Both the position numbers and the translations under genes were made by a program. A stretch of 64,000 nucleotides of DNA from Sphingopyxis sp. (GTDB lineage: Bacteria > Pseudomonadota > Alphaproteobacteria > Sphingomonadales > Sphingomonadaceae). The notes beneath the pieces are model-generated. The model was given only the letters and a program-made list of their open reading frames with translations, was not told the origin of the DNA and did no database searches. The stretch is from contig NZ_CBDIIL010000002.1 of assembly GCF_965279725.1 (NCBI RefSeq), positions 147,804-211,803 on the forward strand. The letters run 5' to 3'. This document shows positions 27,972 to 38,283 of this stretch, piece by piece (position 1 is the first letter of the stretch; every line of letters starts with the position of its first letter).

Positions 27972-28239
27972 TCTTGGCTTTCCCATCGGGCTTTTTCCGG
28001 ATCAAATGGCTATAGACGCCAACCAGGTTGATGCCGAGCAACGCGACATTCTGCCAGCCGATGCCTTCGCTATCGGGCTGCATAAAGCCCCATGCAATGA
28101 GCGCGAGGCTGCTCGTCACGAAGATCACGAACGCCCAGCCGTTCCAGCGCTCGCCGAGGTTCAGCGAGACGAGTAATGCGGCGAGCGTTGAAGCAGCGGC
28201 GCCATAATATTGCAGGATGGTGATGACAGCTTCGCTCAA
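27955..28239 (-). CDS. Small hypothetical membrane protein (3 TM)
   Basis: TTG start overlapping the upstream stop. Hydrophobic segments ending WQNVALLGINLVGVY. Confidence 0.7.
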   Translation of the reverse strand: MSEAVITILQYYGAAASTLAALLVSLNLGERWNGWAFVIFVTSSLALIAWGFMQPDSEGIGWQNVALLGINLVGVYSHLIRKKPDGKAKKGGTE

Positions 28240-28583
28240 GCTGCACCCAATAAAGTGAACACGCCCGATGCGGCCAGCAACGGCCAGCCGATATGCCGCC
28301 CGCGGGTGTAGATCGCGTCGAAAAGTCCGGTCGCCGCCCATGCTCCGCCGATCAGCAGGATCAGCCCGCGCGGCGTTCCCGGCCAGACCACCGATGCGGC
28401 CGATACCAGCATCAGCAGCGACAACGCGTGCCACGCGAGCCGAAAAACCTTGCGCGCCAGATCGAAGCCCATGATGCCTTCATCGAGGGTCAGCAGAGGC
28501 CCGATCAACCGACGCTCGCCCAATACGCCGTGAACAACGGCCGTCGTCACCATGAAGGCGGCCGACAGCCAGAGCCAGATCAC
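28236..28583 (-). CDS. Small hypothetical membrane protein (about 4 TM)
   Basis: GTG start overlapping the liuA TGA. Contains [17 protein letters not shown] and HIGW motifs. Confidence 0.72.
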   Translation of the reverse strand: MIWLWLSAAFMVTTAVVHGVLGERRLIGPLLTLDEGIMGFDLARKVFRLAWHALSLLMLVSAASVVWPGTPRGLILLIGGAWAATGLFDAIYTRGRHIGWPLLAASGVFTLLGAA

Positions 28584-29749
28584 GTGCCGGCACCGATCAG
28601 TTCGCGGCCGATCAGCATCCGGCGAATCTCGTTCGTCCCCGCGCCGATGTCGAGCAGCTTGGCGTCGCGCCAGTAACGCTCGACAGGCCAATCCTTCGTG
28701 TAACCTGCGCCGCCCAGTGCCTGGATCGCTTCGCCAGCGACTTTCACCGCGTTTTCGCTTGCGAGCAGGATACAGCCCGCGGCGTCAAAGCGCGTCGTCT
28801 GGCCGGCATCGCATGCCTTGGCGACGTTATAGACATAGGAGCGCGCCGACTGGAGCATGACATACATGTCGGCGACCTTCGCCTGCATCAGCTGGAACGA
28901 ACCGATCGGTTTACCGAACTGCTTTCGCTCGCGAACGTAGGGAATGACAGTATCGAGACAGGCCTGCATGATGCCGAGCTGGAGCCCGGCGAGCACGACG
29001 CGCTCATAATCGAGGCCGGACATCAGCACGCCGACGCCGCCATTTTCCGGCCCCATGACCTGCTCTTCGGACACCTTGCAATCGTTGAAGACAAGCTCCG
29101 CGGTTGGTGAGCCGCGCATGCCGACCTTGTCGATCTTTTGCCCGATGCTGAACCCCGGCATATCCTTTTCGATCAGGAACGCCGTTATCCCACGCGATCC
29201 GGCCTCGGGGCTGGTCTTGGCATAGACGACCAGTGTGTCCGCATGCGTCGCGTTGGTGATCCAGAATTTGGTGCCGTTGAGGACGTAGCCGCCCTGAACG
29301 CGATCGGCCTTCAGCTTCATCGACACGACGTCGCTGCCCGCTCCAGCTTCGGACATCGCGAGGCTTCCGACATGCTCGCCGCTGATCAGCTTGGGCAGAT
29401 ATTTCGCCTTCTGCTCGGCATTGCCCCAGCGGCGGATCTGGTTGACGCAAAGGTTCGAGTGCGCGCCGTAGCTAAGGCCGATCGCACCCGACGCGCGCGA
29501 CACTTCTTCGACCGCAATAACATGCTCGAGATAGCCGAGGCCAAGGCCGCCAAATTCTTCCTCGACGGTGATGCCGTGCAGACCCAGATCGCCCATCTGC
29601 GTCCATAGTTCGTCGCGCGGGAACCAGTCTTCGGCGTCCGCTTTCGCAGCGAGCGGCGCGATCTGTTCGTCGGCGAAGCGGGCGGTGGTGTCGCGGATCA
29701 TGTCGGCGGTTTCGCCGAGCGCGAAATCGAAGTCGGGGGTTGCGCGCAT
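28580..29749 (-). CDS. liuA: Isovaleryl-CoA dehydrogenase
   Basis: [61 protein letters not shown]. Start set at ATG 29749. Confidence 0.92.
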   Translation of the reverse strand: MRATPDFDFALGETADMIRDTTARFADEQIAPLAAKADAEDWFPRDELWTQMGDLGLHGITVEEEFGGLGLGYLEHVIAVEEVSRASGAIGLSYGAHSNLCVNQIRRWGNAEQKAKYLPKLISGEHVGSLAMSEAGAGSDVVSMKLKADRVQGGYVLNGTKFWITNATHADTLVVYAKTSPEAGSRGITAFLIEKDMPGFSIGQKIDKVGMRGSPTAELVFNDCKVSEEQVMGPENGGVGVLMSGLDYERVVLAGLQLGIMQACLDTVIPYVRERKQFGKPIGSFQLMQAKVADMYVMLQSARSYVYNVAKACDAGQTTRFDAAGCILLASENAVKVAGEAIQALGGAGYTKDWPVERYWRDAKLLDIGAGTNEIRRMLIGRELIGAGT

Positions 29750-29836
29750 GGATGGGCCTATCGATCGAGGGCTGGACTGAGCGCGATACTGCCCCAAAAA
29801 TTGACCATATGGAAATTGAAACGATGGGGGATTTGG

Positions 29837-29853
29837 CATAAACAAAATCTATG
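29837..29853. promoter_or_regulatory. LysR-type T-N11-A recognition site (CATA-N9-TATG)
   Basis: Dyad CATAAACAAAATCTATG overlapping the LysR start codon, in the divergent liuA/LysR gap. Confidence 0.6.
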
Positions 29854-30753
29854 ATTAAGCGCGCCCATGTCCGCCAGTTTCTTGCCGTCGTCGACGCAGG
29901 CAGTTTTACGCAAGCGGCAGCGCGGATTCGGGTAACGCAACCGGCGTTGTCGAGCGGGATCGCCGAGCTGGAGAAGCTGGTCGGTGCCCTGTTGTTTATC
30001 CGCAATCGCCGCCAGATACGGTTGACCGAAGCGGGCGGGCGTTTCCTGCCCATCGCGCGCGATCTGGAACGCGGGTTTCGCGCCGCTGACGATTTCGGTC
30101 GCGATAACGATCGGCGGGCGACCGAGCTCAAGCTTGGCGTGATCCGCTCAGCGCCGGGTGAATTGCTGCAAGCGATCGTCGCGGCGCTTCGGCCCAGCTT
30201 TGCCATCGAGATTATCGAAAACAGCGAGTCCGAACTGCGCGCCATGCTTGGCAGTGGACGCATCAACATGGCGCTCGTTCCGCTTCGGAGCGGCGAGCAC
30301 GGGGCGCATGTGATGCCGCTATATGAAGAGCCGCTCGTGATGTTCGTCGCGATGGACCATCCACTTGCGGCGCGCATCGCTGTCGGCCCTGAGGAACTGG
30401 CGGCCGAGACGATGATAGCACGCCGCTCGTGCGAATTTTTGGACGCAACGAGCCGCTTCTTCACCCGCCACGGTGTCCGGCCGCGCTTTGCCTTGCGTAG
30501 CGAAAGTGACGAGCGATGCTTGCGCATGGTCGCCGCCGGGATCGGGATTACCACGGCACCCCTATCGCTGGCGATCGACGGCATCATGCCGCTGAAAGTA
30601 ATGGGCTATGATTTCCGGCGCGAATTGGGATTGATCACCGATCCGGCATGGCGCGTTTTGCCCGACGTCGCACCGCAGCTTGCCCACGCGCTCCAGATGA
30701 TCACGGCGATCGCCGTCGAATGGCGCGAGACCAAAGTCGATGGCGCGGCATGA
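29851..30753 (+). CDS. LysR-family transcriptional regulator
   Basis: FLAVVDAGSFTQAAARIRVTQPALSSGIAELE...LFIR..RQIRLTEAG. Confidence 0.93.
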   Translation: MIKRAHVRQFLAVVDAGSFTQAAARIRVTQPALSSGIAELEKLVGALLFIRNRRQIRLTEAGGRFLPIARDLERGFRAADDFGRDNDRRATELKLGVIRSAPGELLQAIVAALRPSFAIEIIENSESELRAMLGSGRINMALVPLRSGEHGAHVMPLYEEPLVMFVAMDHPLAARIAVGPEELAAETMIARRSCEFLDATSRFFTRHGVRPRFALRSESDERCLRMVAAGIGITTAPLSLAIDGIMPLKVMGYDFRRELGLITDPAWRVLPDVAPQLAHALQMITAIAVEWRETKVDGAA

Positions 30754-30837
30754 CGCACGCATGAGGACCATTGCCAGTCTTGGCTCGACCCCCTAATCCG
30801 TTGCATCAAGAAACTCAAAAATCACGGGAGACGCACG

Positions 30838-31968
30838 ATGACCGACTTGCCTGACACCAACCTGACTATGCTGACCCTCGTCAAGCCTGAGGGGGTGTTG
30901 GAAGTCTCGCTCGAACGGCGCCCAATGCCGACTCCGAAGTCGCACGACGTCGTGGTCAAGATCCTTGCCACTCCGATCAATCCGTCGGACCTGGGCTTGC
31001 TGTTCGGCGGCGCCGACATGTCGACCGCGCGGGCATCGACCCGCGACAGCCTGCCGATGATCACCGCCGATATTCCGCCCGCGGGTATGCGCGCGATGGG
31101 CGGGCGGATCGGCGAAGCGCTGGCGATCGGTAACGAAGGGTGCGGCACGGTTGTGGCGGCAGGCGATTCGCCCGACGCGCAGGCGCTGCTCGGCAAAACC
31201 GTCGCGTTGATCGGCGGCGAAATCTACGCCGAATACCGCTGCCTGCCCGCACAGATGTGCATGGTTTTGCCCGACGGCACCGATCCCAAGGACGGCGCCT
31301 CCTGCTTCGTCAATCCGCTGACCAGCCTAGCCTTCACCGAAACGATGAAGGCCGAGGAACACAGCGCGATCGTCCACACTGCTGCGGCATCGAACCTGGG
31401 CCAGATGCTGGTCAAGATTTGCGCCAAGGACGGCATCCCGCTGGTCAACATCGTGCGCAGCGACGCGCAGGTCGACATCCTGAAAGGGATCGGCGCGACG
31501 CATATCGTCAACAGCAGCGCCGACGATTTCATCGACCAGCTGGTCGCCGCGATCGTCGCGACGGGCGCGACGATCGGCTTCGACGCGATCGGCGGCGGCA
31601 AGCTGTCGGGCCAGATCCTCTCCGCGATGGAGGTTGCCGCAGTGAAGCGGATGACGACGTACAGCCGCTATGGTTCGGACACGTTCAAGCAGGTCTATAT
31701 TTATGGGGCGCTCGACCTTGGCCCAACGATCCTTAACCGCGCATTTGGTTTGACGTGGTCGTTGTCTGGCTTCCTGCTGACACCCTTCCTGCAGAAGGCC
31801 GGGATGGAAACCAATATGCGGCTGCGCAAACGCGTCGTCGATGAGCTGACGACCACGTTCAAGAGCCATTACAGCCATGAGATCTCGCTCACCGAGGCGC
31901 TATCGCTCGACGTGGCCAATGCCTACAATGCCAAGCGGACCGGAGAGAAATATCTGATCCGACCCTGA
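30838..31968 (+). CDS. MDR-family (zinc-binding-type) NAD(P)H oxidoreductase
   Basis: ATPINPSDL, GNEGCGTVV, FVNPLT, HTAAASNLGQML, FDAIGGG. Confidence 0.85.
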   Translation: MTDLPDTNLTMLTLVKPEGVLEVSLERRPMPTPKSHDVVVKILATPINPSDLGLLFGGADMSTARASTRDSLPMITADIPPAGMRAMGGRIGEALAIGNEGCGTVVAAGDSPDAQALLGKTVALIGGEIYAEYRCLPAQMCMVLPDGTDPKDGASCFVNPLTSLAFTETMKAEEHSAIVHTAAASNLGQMLVKICAKDGIPLVNIVRSDAQVDILKGIGATHIVNSSADDFIDQLVAAIVATGATIGFDAIGGGKLSGQILSAMEVAAVKRMTTYSRYGSDTFKQVYIYGALDLGPTILNRAFGLTWSLSGFLLTPFLQKAGMETNMRLRKRVVDELTTTFKSHYSHEISLTEALSLDVANAYNAKRTGEKYLIRP

Positions 31969-31989
31969 CGAGCTTTTGGCGAGGCGCAT

Positions 31990-33027
31990 ATGGCACGACT
32001 GACGGCCGCGGTGGGCGACGCCCGCGGCATGGTGAATTTTGCGGTGCGCAAAGGCGTCAATCGCGAGCAGTTGCTAGCGGCTGCGGGCATCACCGAGGGC
32101 ATGCTGGGAAATTTCGAGGCGCGCCTGCCGCTGTCGGCGTATCGGCGCCTGATCGAGACGTGCGCGGCGCTCACGAGCGATCCGGCGTTTGCGCTGCATT
32201 ATGCCGAAGCGATCGATGTGTCGGAAATTTCGGTGCTGGGCCTCATCACCCACGCATCGGAAACGATGACCGACGCCTTTGCGCAGATCAATCGCTACAC
32301 GCGCCTGATCACCGACGTCGCATCGAACGCGCCAAACCGCTTCACGCTGGAGCGCGATGAGGCGGGGCTTTGGCTGACCGACCACCGCGCCGACCCGAAC
32401 GACTTTATCGAACTGACCGAAATGTCTTTTGCGCGCATGGTGTGTGGAACGCGGGTGTTCGGCGACACGCCGTTCGTTCTGGAGGTCCATGTCAGCCATC
32501 CGCCGCCGCCCTATGCGCGGGATTATGAGGCGGTCTTTCAGGCGCCGGTCAAATTTGCGGCGGGTCGGAACGCGATGCGGCTCGACGAACGGTGGCTGAC
32601 ATATCGGGTAGCGAAACAGCCGCGCTTCACTTTCGGGATTCTGAGCGCGCACGCCGATCGATTGCTCAAGGATTTGCAAGGCAGCGAGGATTTTGCGCAC
32701 CGGATCGAAGCCGCGATCATGCCGCGCCTGCACACCGGCGCGATCGATCTGGCGACGATAGCAACTGAATTGGGTGTCAGCCGCCAGACGATTTTCCGGC
32801 GGTTGAAAGCCGAAAATACCAGTTACGAAAAGCTGCTCGATAATCTGCGGCACCGGCTCGCGCTGAGCTATTTTCAGGAGCGGAAGGTGTCGGTCAACGA
32901 AGTCGCCTATCTGCTCGGCTATTCGGCGCCGAGCGCGTTCACGCGCGCGTTCAAGCGGTGGACCGGCACGTCGCCGCGCGCGACATTGAAGGGGGTTACG
33001 ACGCGCGATGGCGACACTGACGGCTGA
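31990..33027 (+). CDS. AraC-family regulator (OruR-like N-terminal domain)
   Basis: C-terminal double HTH: IATELGVSRQTIFRRL...VNEVAYLLGYSAPSAFTRAFKRWTG. Confidence 0.9.
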   Translation: MARLTAAVGDARGMVNFAVRKGVNREQLLAAAGITEGMLGNFEARLPLSAYRRLIETCAALTSDPAFALHYAEAIDVSEISVLGLITHASETMTDAFAQINRYTRLITDVASNAPNRFTLERDEAGLWLTDHRADPNDFIELTEMSFARMVCGTRVFGDTPFVLEVHVSHPPPPYARDYEAVFQAPVKFAAGRNAMRLDERWLTYRVAKQPRFTFGILSAHADRLLKDLQGSEDFAHRIEAAIMPRLHTGAIDLATIATELGVSRQTIFRRLKAENTSYEKLLDNLRHRLALSYFQERKVSVNEVAYLLGYSAPSAFTRAFKRWTGTSPRATLKGVTTRDGDTDG

Positions 33028-33180
33028 AGCCATCATCCCATGCAACCTGAAGTCAGTATTTTGAGATGCCCGGTCATGGTGCACTGTGTGTTACTCACCT
33101 AGCACAGCGGCCTGCGGGTCGGCTGATAAATCCCTTTGCTAGCGGACCCGCGCGGAAAAACAGCGGGACATCACGCCATC

Positions 33181-33960
33181 ATGTTTCAGACAATTCGACA
33201 GCGACCGCTTGTCGCAGCGGCAATCTACTGGTTCGTTCTGACCTTTATCGGGCAAAGCCTGTTCACCCTCTATATTCTGATCTTTTATGGCCGCGCCAGC
33301 GTCACCGGCGATTGGACCGCTGCGAATGACGTGTTGCCCGATGGCATGATCCCGGGCGACGGAGCGGGCAATGCCGTGTTGTTCTTCCATCTACTGTTCG
33401 GGGCGCTGATCACCTTTGGCGGGCTGCTCCAGTTGATCCCCCGGGTGCGCATGAAATACCCGCGGTTTCACCGCTGGAACGGGCGGTTGTACATGCTGTC
33501 TGCGGTGGTGATGAGCTTGGGCGGTTTCTATGTCGCGTGGGGCCGGGGTGAGATCGGGTCGGGCTATGCGACGTCGATCAATGGGGTCGTCATTCTGATC
33601 TGCGCCTATTTTGCCACGCGCTTTGCCATGGCCCGCAATTTTATGCGGCATCAGCCGTGGGCGATCCGGCTGTTTCTGGCTGTGAGCGGGGTATGGTTCC
33701 TGCGCGTCTTCATCATGCTGTGGGTGCTGTTGTTCGGCCCCGAGGGGCTGGGCGAAGATCTGGGCGGGCCAGCGGGTGTCGGGCTCAACTATGCGCAGTT
33801 CATCGTCCCGATCATGCTGTTCGAGCTGTATCGCTGGGCGCAGCGCAGCAAGACCCCGGCGGTCCATTGGTCGGTCGCGGCAACGCTGTTTATCTGCTCG
33901 ACGCTGATGGGCGCGGGGATCGGGATGGCGTGGCTGTTCTTGTGGCTGCCGAATTTGTAA
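33181..33960 (+). CDS. DUF2306-like membrane protein
   Basis: HLLFG...QLIPRVR...FHRWNGRLY, RHQPWAIRLF, 6-7 TM segments. Confidence 0.75.
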   Translation: MFQTIRQRPLVAAAIYWFVLTFIGQSLFTLYILIFYGRASVTGDWTAANDVLPDGMIPGDGAGNAVLFFHLLFGALITFGGLLQLIPRVRMKYPRFHRWNGRLYMLSAVVMSLGGFYVAWGRGEIGSGYATSINGVVILICAYFATRFAMARNFMRHQPWAIRLFLAVSGVWFLRVFIMLWVLLFGPEGLGEDLGGPAGVGLNYAQFIVPIMLFELYRWAQRSKTPAVHWSVAATLFICSTLMGAGIGMAWLFLWLPNL

Positions 33961-33966
33961 TCCAGC

Positions 33967-35121
33967 TTAGCGCTTCATGCACTGGCGGACATCATCGCGC
34001 TGATATTCGCTGCAGTTCCACAGCGCCTTTTCGAACCCCGCCTTGTCGTCGCGCAGGTAGGAAAAGGTCATCGCGGCGCGCTGGATGTCGCTCATCGCAT
34101 CGCTATCGGGTTTCAGCACCGGGTTGGTCCAGCCCATGAACTTGCAATAGGGTTTGTCGCCGCACAGGCGCAGCGCGGTCGTCACAAAGCTTTCGGGCGC
34201 GGCTTTGCGGTCGAGCTGGGTATAGATGGTGTCGCGGCCCGTCGCTTCGCCCGCTCCGGCGACGACGTGCGCTTCGCCGACTGCAGCGTTGGCATCGACG
34301 CCGGTCGCCAATTCGGTCGGCAGCCCGAGCGCCATGGCATGGAGCGGCGATATGGCGGCGAGTTTTGCGACCGGCCCGTCGCTGCCCGACACCGCACCGC
34401 GAAATGCGCCCGGCGTTCCCCAATAGCCCGGCCAGCGGAAAAACAGATGGGTGTCGACGACCGCGATCTTTTCCAGGCTATCGCTCCAATAAGGGCGGAC
34501 CCAGTCAGTGTGATAATGGGTCGCGAGGCCGACAGGCGGATAGGTGCCGCCTGACAGCATCGCATCGGCATTCCCCCTGGCTCGCGTCCATGCGGCGTCG
34601 GAGTAGCGGCGATTGAGTGCGCCGTCGCAGGTGAAGGTGAACTGGCACCCGGTGGTGCGTTCCGATCCCTGGAACACCACGCCGCAGATCGATTTGGGAA
34701 AAGCGGGATGACGCGCGCGGTTGATGATGACTTGCCCGACGGCTTGCTGGCCTTTCGCATCGTCGCCGGCTTCGTAGATCATCGCTGCCGCCAGGCAGTC
34801 ACGGGCGCGCAGACGCGCGTCGCCGCTGCCAGCATAGACAAAGGGCCGTGCGGCGACGAAGCCCTTGGTCATCAGGGCGATGCGCGCGTTCGCGGCGCGA
34901 GCATCGTCCTCGGCAACGGGCGCGAATTCCATCGGGAGCACTTCGGGTACCATGTCGGCGGGCGGCGCGATCGGCTGCGGACGGGCCGCAAAGTCCCGGT
35001 CGCTGTTGCGATCGCTGGCATAGAGCACCGCGCCGATCGCAGCGACAACCAGCAGCACGAACAACCAGCCCGTCCAGTCGCGCCCATGGGGCAACGCCGC
35101 GTGATCACCGTCGGGGCGCAT
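33967..35121 (-). CDS. Cell wall hydrolase, SleB / Hydrolase_2 family
   Basis: CLAAAMIYEAG, AVGQVIINR..HPAFPKSICGVVFQG, CQFTFTCDG, ATHYHTDWVRPYW. Confidence 0.88.
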   Translation of the reverse strand: MRPDGDHAALPHGRDWTGWLFVLLVVAAIGAVLYASDRNSDRDFAARPQPIAPPADMVPEVLPMEFAPVAEDDARAANARIALMTKGFVAARPFVYAGSGDARLRARDCLAAAMIYEAGDDAKGQQAVGQVIINRARHPAFPKSICGVVFQGSERTTGCQFTFTCDGALNRRYSDAAWTRARGNADAMLSGGTYPPVGLATHYHTDWVRPYWSDSLEKIAVVDTHLFFRWPGYWGTPGAFRGAVSGSDGPVAKLAAISPLHAMALGLPTELATGVDANAAVGEAHVVAGAGEATGRDTIYTQLDRKAAPESFVTTALRLCGDKPYCKFMGWTNPVLKPDSDAMSDIQRAAMTFSYLRDDKAGFEKALWNCSEYQRDDVRQCMKR

Positions 35122-35130
35122 GCGCTGGCC

Positions 35131-36051
35131 TCAGATCTCCGGGAGGAAATCGGGGACCGACAGATAGCGCTCGCCGGTATCGTAATTGAAACCCAGCACC
35201 CGGCTCCCGGGCGGCAACTCGGCGAGTTTCTGGGCGATGGCGGCGAGCGTAGCGCCCGACGAGATACCGACCAGCATACCTTCCTCGGTCGCGGCGCGGC
35301 GTGCGTAATTTTTCGCGTCCGCGGCATCGACCTTGATCACCCCGTCAAGTAGATCGGTGTGCAGGTTACGCGGGATAAATCCGGCGCCGATGCCCTGGAT
35401 CGGGTGCGGCGCGGGTTGGCCTCCCGAAATGACCGGCGATGCTTCGGGTTCGACCGCGAACACCTTCAAATTCGGCCAATGCGCCTTCAAGAACTGCGCG
35501 GTGCCAGTGATGTGGCCGCCGGTGCCAACCCCAGTGATCAACGCATCGATCGGCGTGTCCTTGAAATCGGCGAGAATTTCGGGGCCGGTGGTGCGGACAT
35601 GGACGTCGATATTGGCTTCATTTTCGAACTGTTGCGGCATCCACGCGCCGGGGGTCGTTTCGACCAGTTCGATGGCGCGCTCGATCGCGCCCTTCATGCC
35701 CTTTTCGCGCGGAGTCAGATCAAAGGTCGCGCCATAAGCCAGCATCAGCCGGCGGCGTTCGATCGACATGCTTTCGGGCATGACGAGGACGAGCTTATAC
35801 CCTTTGACCGCAGCGGCCATCGCCAAGCCGATGCCGGTATTCCCCGACGTCGGCTCGACGATGGTACCGCCAGGTTTCAGGCTGCCGTCCTGCTCGGCGG
35901 CTTCGATCATCGCGAGACCAATCCGATCCTTGATCGAGCCACCGGGATTGCTGCGTTCCGACTTCACCCAGACTTCGGCGCCGGGGAACAGCTTGCCCAT
36001 GCGGATATGCGGCGTATTGCCGATAGTCTCAAGGATCGAATTGGCTTTCAT
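35131..36051 (-). CDS. cysK: Cysteine synthase A
   Basis: [12 protein letters not shown] lysine, [33 protein letters not shown]. Confidence 0.95.
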   Translation of the reverse strand: MKANSILETIGNTPHIRMGKLFPGAEVWVKSERSNPGGSIKDRIGLAMIEAAEQDGSLKPGGTIVEPTSGNTGIGLAMAAAVKGYKLVLVMPESMSIERRRLMLAYGATFDLTPREKGMKGAIERAIELVETTPGAWMPQQFENEANIDVHVRTTGPEILADFKDTPIDALITGVGTGGHITGTAQFLKAHWPNLKVFAVEPEASPVISGGQPAPHPIQGIGAGFIPRNLHTDLLDGVIKVDAADAKNYARRAATEEGMLVGISSGATLAAIAQKLAELPPGSRVLGFNYDTGERYLSVPDFLPEI

Positions 36052-36716
36052 GATCGGTAGCTTCTTTCTTTGAATTCAAACCGCGGGTCGCGGCGGACCC
36101 GATTTGGCCAGTCTGCGGCACGGAGCCAGCGTGCCTCGTCTGCCAGCTCGGGCGTCGACGCGGGTTGTAACGAGGCGAGCAGATACTGTCCATAAGGCCA
36201 GTCCGCGACGCCCGAGTCCGCGTTGATATGGCCGAAAGGACCAGCGTTGACGAAGCGCGCGTCCCAATGCCGCGACAGGCGCCAGACATGGGCGGTCTTG
36301 GCATAGGGATCGTCATCGCTGGCCACGACGATCATCGGCTTCTGCGACGACAGCGCGGGGGAGTCGGTAAAGCTGTCGATCCCGCTGGTGCGTTTGAGTT
36401 GCGTCAAGTCGGGCGGCGCTACCAGCAAGGCGCCGGCGACCCGGTCGCGGGCGACGCTGCTGGCCAACGCAAACCAGTGGGCGAAGGCGTGGCAGCCCAA
36501 GCTGTGCGCCGCGATAAGAACGGGTTCGGGTTCCGCGTCGATCGCCAACGCGATTCGTTCGACCCATTCATCCTTTGACGGTTGGTCCCAGCGACCCAGT
36601 TCCACGCGCTCGCAATTGGCAAAGCGTCTTTCCCACAGGCTTTGCCAATGGGTTGGGCCGCTGTTGTAAAGCCCGGGAATGGTCAGGATTTTATAACGGA
36701 TATTGGAATCATGCAT
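36048..36716 (-). CDS. RBBP9/YdeN-family alpha/beta hydrolase
   Basis: [47 protein letters not shown] overlap with cysK. Confidence 0.88.
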   Translation of the reverse strand: MHDSNIRYKILTIPGLYNSGPTHWQSLWERRFANCERVELGRWDQPSKDEWVERIALAIDAEPEPVLIAAHSLGCHAFAHWFALASSVARDRVAGALLVAPPDLTQLKRTSGIDSFTDSPALSSQKPMIVVASDDDPYAKTAHVWRLSRHWDARFVNAGPFGHINADSGVADWPYGQYLLASLQPASTPELADEARWLRAADWPNRVRRDPRFEFKERSYRS

Positions 36717-36775
36717 GGCGGTCGCTCCAATTTGGAGGAGTGGGGAGCCGCGGTGACGGGTGCGCTGGTAATAAC

Positions 36776-36792
36776 TCAATCAATTAGATTGA
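36776..36792. promoter_or_regulatory. AT-rich palindrome TCAATC-N5-GATTGA, putative operator
   Basis: Perfect 6+6 dyad about 60 nt upstream of the ydeN-like/cysK operon. Confidence 0.45.
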
Positions 36793-36841
36793 CAATAGGG
36801 TATGGATGAACAGGGCGCCGAATACGGCGAACGGTTGGGGA

Positions 36842-38155
36842 CTATTCGCTGGTCTGTTTGAACTGAGGAGCGAACGTCCGCGCGCGCCGCAGTTCGGGGA
36901 ACAGCCACGCCCAGAGCGCGGTCACGCCAACGGCCGCCGCGCCGCCAACAACCACCGCGCCGACGGGACCGAGCGCCGCCGCCATCGCTCCAGCGCGCAT
37001 TTCGCCAAGTTCGTTCGACGCCGAGATCGCCAGTCCCGATGCGGCGCTGACCCGGCCCCGCATATGATCCGGCGTGTTGAGCTGAATCAGCGTCCCACGC
37101 ACAAACACCGAGAACATGTCCGCCGCGCCCATCAGAACAAGAACGCCGAGAGACAGGAACAGGTTGGTCGACAAGCCAAAGACGACCGTGCCGACGCCAA
37201 AGGCGGCGACCGCCCAGAGCATCTTCACCCCGACGTTGCGTTCGATCGGGCGGATAGCGAGGCCGACGGCCACCACCACCGATCCCAGCGCCACGGCGGC
37301 GCGCATGAATCCGGCGCCGTCGGCACCGGCGTGTAATATATCGCGGGCGTACACCGGAAACATCGCCGTGGCGCCCGCGAGCAGCACCGCGAACAGATCG
37401 AGGGTGATCGTCCCGAGCAGAAAGCGCTCAGTCCAGACGAAGCGCAGTCCGTCGACCATTTCGCGCAGCGGGTGACGGCGGACTTCAGCAGGCGGCGGCA
37501 AGACCTTGCGGACGCGGCTGAGCGTCAACGCAGAGATCGCCAGCAGGGCGGCCGAAAAGACGTAAACCGCGGCGGGATGCGCCGCGTAGATGAGCCCGCC
37601 CGCCGCAGGCCCGATGACCGATGCGGATTGCCAGGCGATGCTGCTCATCGCGATCGCGCGCGGGAGCACCGCCGGCGGAACAATGTTGGGCGCGATCGCA
37701 CTCATTGCTGGCCCGGAAAAGACACGCGCTACGCCGTGCAGCGCGGCAAGGCCAAAGAGCAGATTGATCGTCAGCCCGTCGATCCAGGTGAACCAGCCAA
37801 GCGTCGCGGCGATCAGCAGGTCGATGAGGTTCGAGAAAATCGCAACGCTGCGCCTCTCAAACCGGTCGGCGGCCCACCCGGCGACCGGCGTCAGGATCGC
37901 CAGCGGAACGAACTGAAAGAGGCCGAGCAACCCAAGCTGCAACGACGCTTCCTTGATCGACATACCATAGTCGGTGCGCGCCGTGTCATAGAGCTGATAG
38001 CCAATCACGACGACCATCGCGATCGTCGCCATCACCGCGGTGAAGCGTGCGACCCAGAAATAGCGGAAGTCGGGATAGCTCAGCGGGGAAGGGGCTTTGG
38101 GCGTTGCACCCGGCATGACCAGGTCGTCGCCAGCTGCGGGAGGGATCGTTGCCAT
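36842..38155 (-). CDS. MFS transporter (DHA3 / EntS-like)
   Basis: About 12 TM, GWAADRFERR, LDLFAVLLAGATAMFPVYARDIL, PDHMRGRVSA. Confidence 0.88.
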   Translation of the reverse strand: MATIPPAAGDDLVMPGATPKAPSPLSYPDFRYFWVARFTAVMATIAMVVVIGYQLYDTARTDYGMSIKEASLQLGLLGLFQFVPLAILTPVAGWAADRFERRSVAIFSNLIDLLIAATLGWFTWIDGLTINLLFGLAALHGVARVFSGPAMSAIAPNIVPPAVLPRAIAMSSIAWQSASVIGPAAGGLIYAAHPAAVYVFSAALLAISALTLSRVRKVLPPPAEVRRHPLREMVDGLRFVWTERFLLGTITLDLFAVLLAGATAMFPVYARDILHAGADGAGFMRAAVALGSVVVAVGLAIRPIERNVGVKMLWAVAAFGVGTVVFGLSTNLFLSLGVLVLMGAADMFSVFVRGTLIQLNTPDHMRGRVSAASGLAISASNELGEMRAGAMAAALGPVGAVVVGGAAAVGVTALWAWLFPELRRARTFAPQFKQTSE

Positions 38156-38283
38156 CGCCCTTCGCCGTAGCCCGCTTTTCGCAGCTGTCCAGATAGCATA
38201 GCTTTGCCGTTCGTCGATTATCGGGTGCCATTGGTCCGGCCCGCTGGCACAAGTACCGCCATTGGAGTCAGGGAGACAATCGA

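Noticed and set aside
36771-36798. ATAACT...TTGACAATAG shared with 53456-53478
   Set aside because: Spacing differs (12 versus 7 nt) and both regions are simply AT-rich; likely coincidence.
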